Assembly (NCBI GenBank): GCA_051362555.1
Contig: CM120642.1
Span: forward strand, 6,324,001 to 6,388,000
Length of the DNA: 64,000 nt
Direction of reading: 5' to 3'
Source: Lingula anatina
Taxonomy: Eukaryota > Animalia > Brachiopoda
In this document: positions 61,741 to 64,000 of the stretch, in pieces
How positions within the stretch are numbered: the first letter of the stretch is position 1
Layout: every line of letters starts with the position of its first letter
Position numbers and translations under genes: made by a program
Notes under the pieces: generated by a model
Told to the model about the DNA's origin: nothing
Database searches by the model: none
The model's input: the letters and a program-made list of their open reading frames with translations, nothing else

Positions 61741-63755
61741 GGTATTTCAACCTTAAGGCTTGCTTTCTTGTTGACATATTTTAACGTTCTCAATATCACT
61801 GTCCTACACCTTATGCAACACTTTATACAAGTAAAATTGCAGCGTGTTTCAGAAGCTTCTATTTTACCTCTCCCCTTGCCTCAAATTGTGAATATGAAAC
61901 GTGAACTTCAAAGTTGAATAAATTTTTGAATTTAGAACTCCCGAGTCCAAAATGTAAAATTCCTGTCAGTAACCTGTGCCTTCTTGAGCGTTGAGCAACA
62001 TTTTCTCAATCTTTTTTTCAATTTACGGTTACTTATATTTCATATAGTGATATTTGTTGCTGTTCTCCCTGTGTTTTCAGAAGCCGGCCCCAGCGGTCAA
62101 GGAAGCACTGTTCGTTCAACTCCAGCCAGTATAAATCTGGACAGCTGCAGCTTTCAGGTGATAGAATTATGACTTTATAAAATATGTATGATGTTTGTAA
62201 AAAGATGAGATATACACAGGGTAAGAAGTTTCCGACTACTGGCAGATTTCTGCCCTTTTTCGGGTGGTGTTAGTGCTAACAACTCAAACAAGATTTTGTT
62301 TTTAGCTATATACAGAAGTGACAGGTACAAAGCAGGAGTGGATGCCACATAAAAGTTTCTTAGAGTGGTGCACATGATGCATACTGGTGGCAGAGTTGAT
62401 AAAAAAAATAACCCTCTAGAGCAGGCTTCTTATGTCCCTAGACCTCCCAGGGTATTCCTAACCATTGCATACGATTATGAGCGCAGTTCATATTTATATC
62501 ATATTACTCCCTTCAGCTAGTGCAAGAGGCTCATGAATAGTTCAAATTCATATAATGTTTATTCATTCATCCTGCCAGTGCATGAGGCTCACAGTTTTAA
62601 TTTAAATCATATTCTGGGGTAGCGCTAGCAATTTTTTTACGCTCAGCCACATCACCTCATTTTTGTCAATTTGTTATAAAAATGATTATAAATTGGCTAA
62701 AACGTCAAATGAAGCCCTTTTTCTTTAGCCAGTTTAAGTCAGTATTGGCATTTGGCTAAATTGGCGAGTGTTAGCGCTACCCCAGATACTTCTTCCTTTA
62801 GCAAGTGCAAGAGGCTCACAGTTCAAAAACACATTATTTTTCTTCCTTCAGCCACTGCAAGAGGCTCACAGTGACAGTGCTTTCAGCGTGCATCAAGACC
62901 AAGATGTCAGCTTCGATCATCTTCAGCTGGATGAGTCTGGAAACCTCCCCACCAGCTTGGAGGCAGCACTGGCCATAAACCGTGCCTATCAGGAGATTGT
63001 CTTTGAAAATATCAAACAGCTGGAAGAGGCTCTGATTGAGAACAGAGAGAAGCAGGTTGGGTCTAGTTTCAGAGTGGATGTGAAGAATAGAATTGGTGTT
63101 TCCTAGACATGCTCAATCTTTTAGTCAATCAGGTGTATTTCATTCACTCACTCACTCACAGGCACTGATGCGCAAACATGCACGCACGCATACACAATAC
63201 TTAGACACTGCTTGTTTGTTTTCTGACTATTGTAATAAACTCTTAATGCTTCATTTGGTTGTGTCACTGCAGCTTTATCTTTCTTTTAGAAAATGATTGA
63301 GGCAGAAATAGATGGCAAGGTTGGGACAAAAGTTAAAAAACCAAAAGCCATTTGTAAAAGTGACTATGCCATACCTTACTTTAAAGATGAGGACGGATTG
63401 GTGAGTAAAAGGCTTTAAGTAAGTATGATTTCAAATGATGAAATTACCTGGACTATTTATTGTAATTTATTATATAAATATGCTAAGAGGCAAGATTTGA
63501 AATGTTTGCTTCCTGAAGTGAGAGTTTTTAATTAAAAAAATGAGAAAAATTTAACATAAGTCGGATAAAAATAAGTTTTCAGAAAGTTTAATGTGCAAAA
63601 TAGCATTACCAATTTACCACTTTATTTTATCTATTTATTTAATTTTTATAACAAATTTTTGTTGTTGTTCCAGCCTGCCCCAGTCAATGAAGATACCAAG
63701 ATCAAGCGGGCGGGGGAACCCATGGACCACCATCTTACCAAACCACCAAAAACAT
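61585..63755 (+). CDS. SNAPC4: snRNA-activating protein complex subunit 4 (SNAP190), 5' part; gene continues beyond the window
   Basis: Exons 61585-61741, 62081-62157, 62852-63055, 63290-63400, 63674-63755 splice in frame: MEPSQSLQERERLQQEILQIRQAL...LPTSLEAALAINRAYQEIVFENIKQLEEALIENREKQ/...PYFKDEDGL/PAPVNEDTK. This matches the remembered human SNAPC4 N-terminus (EREKITQEI; LQLNMVYQEVIQEKL...NREQQ; PYFKD...GPPANEDT). Confidence 0.88.
62614..62785. mobile_element. MITE, 172 bp, in SNAPC4 intron 2
   Basis: Perfect 14-bp TIRs CTGGGGTAGCGCTA ... TAGCGCTACCCCAG; TSD unclear. Confidence 0.7.
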
Positions 63756-64000
63756 GTAACTGATCAATTAATATACACCACATTATGATTGGGTTTTACA
63801 TTTTTGGCATTATGATCACTACTTAACAGTGAAATATTAAGTGAAATTGAGGAGAAAGTGTTGTTGATGAATAAAATGTTGAACTTTTTCTTTTGTCACC
63901 CAAAATTTGAAGGTTATCTGCACAAAACATATTGTTTTGAAAGCCATTTCTTATCTGGTAACTTTCATTTTTCCTCTGACAAAGTGTTAATTCTGGTCTA

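Overview
AT-rich, intron-rich animal genomic DNA, most likely an invertebrate bilaterian; the species cannot be fixed from sequence alone. Three spliced genes were reconstructed by hand. (1) On +, a clade-B (type V/XI-like) fibrillar collagen alpha chain with 52 visible coding exons (15007-40610): TSPN domain, acidic Tyr-rich variable region, minor helix, a ~1012-aa major helix and a COLFI C-propeptide. Its signal-peptide exon was not found, so 1-15006 is probably a very long first intron. (2) On -, a complete TSC1/hamartin gene (19 coding exons, 60783-46048, ~1526 aa), tail-to-tail with the collagen. (3) On +, the first five coding exons of SNAPC4 (from 61585), head-to-head with TSC1 across a very small CpG-rich promoter. 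Introns carry several MITEs, a 42-bp minisatellite with higher-order structure, and microsatellites. No wholly new gene system is evident. The most interesting signals are regulatory or structural: a spliced uORF whose stop overlaps the TSC1 start (TAATG), a candidate 12-nt TSC1 microexon, an in-frame alternative donor that would delete both furin sites of the collagen, a single Gly-X-Y-Z helix break, loss of both inter-chain C-propeptide cysteines, three GC-AG introns, and linkage of three genes whose human orthologues all lie on 9q34. Most short ORFs in the supplied track are intronic noise or off-frame/antisense shadows of exons.
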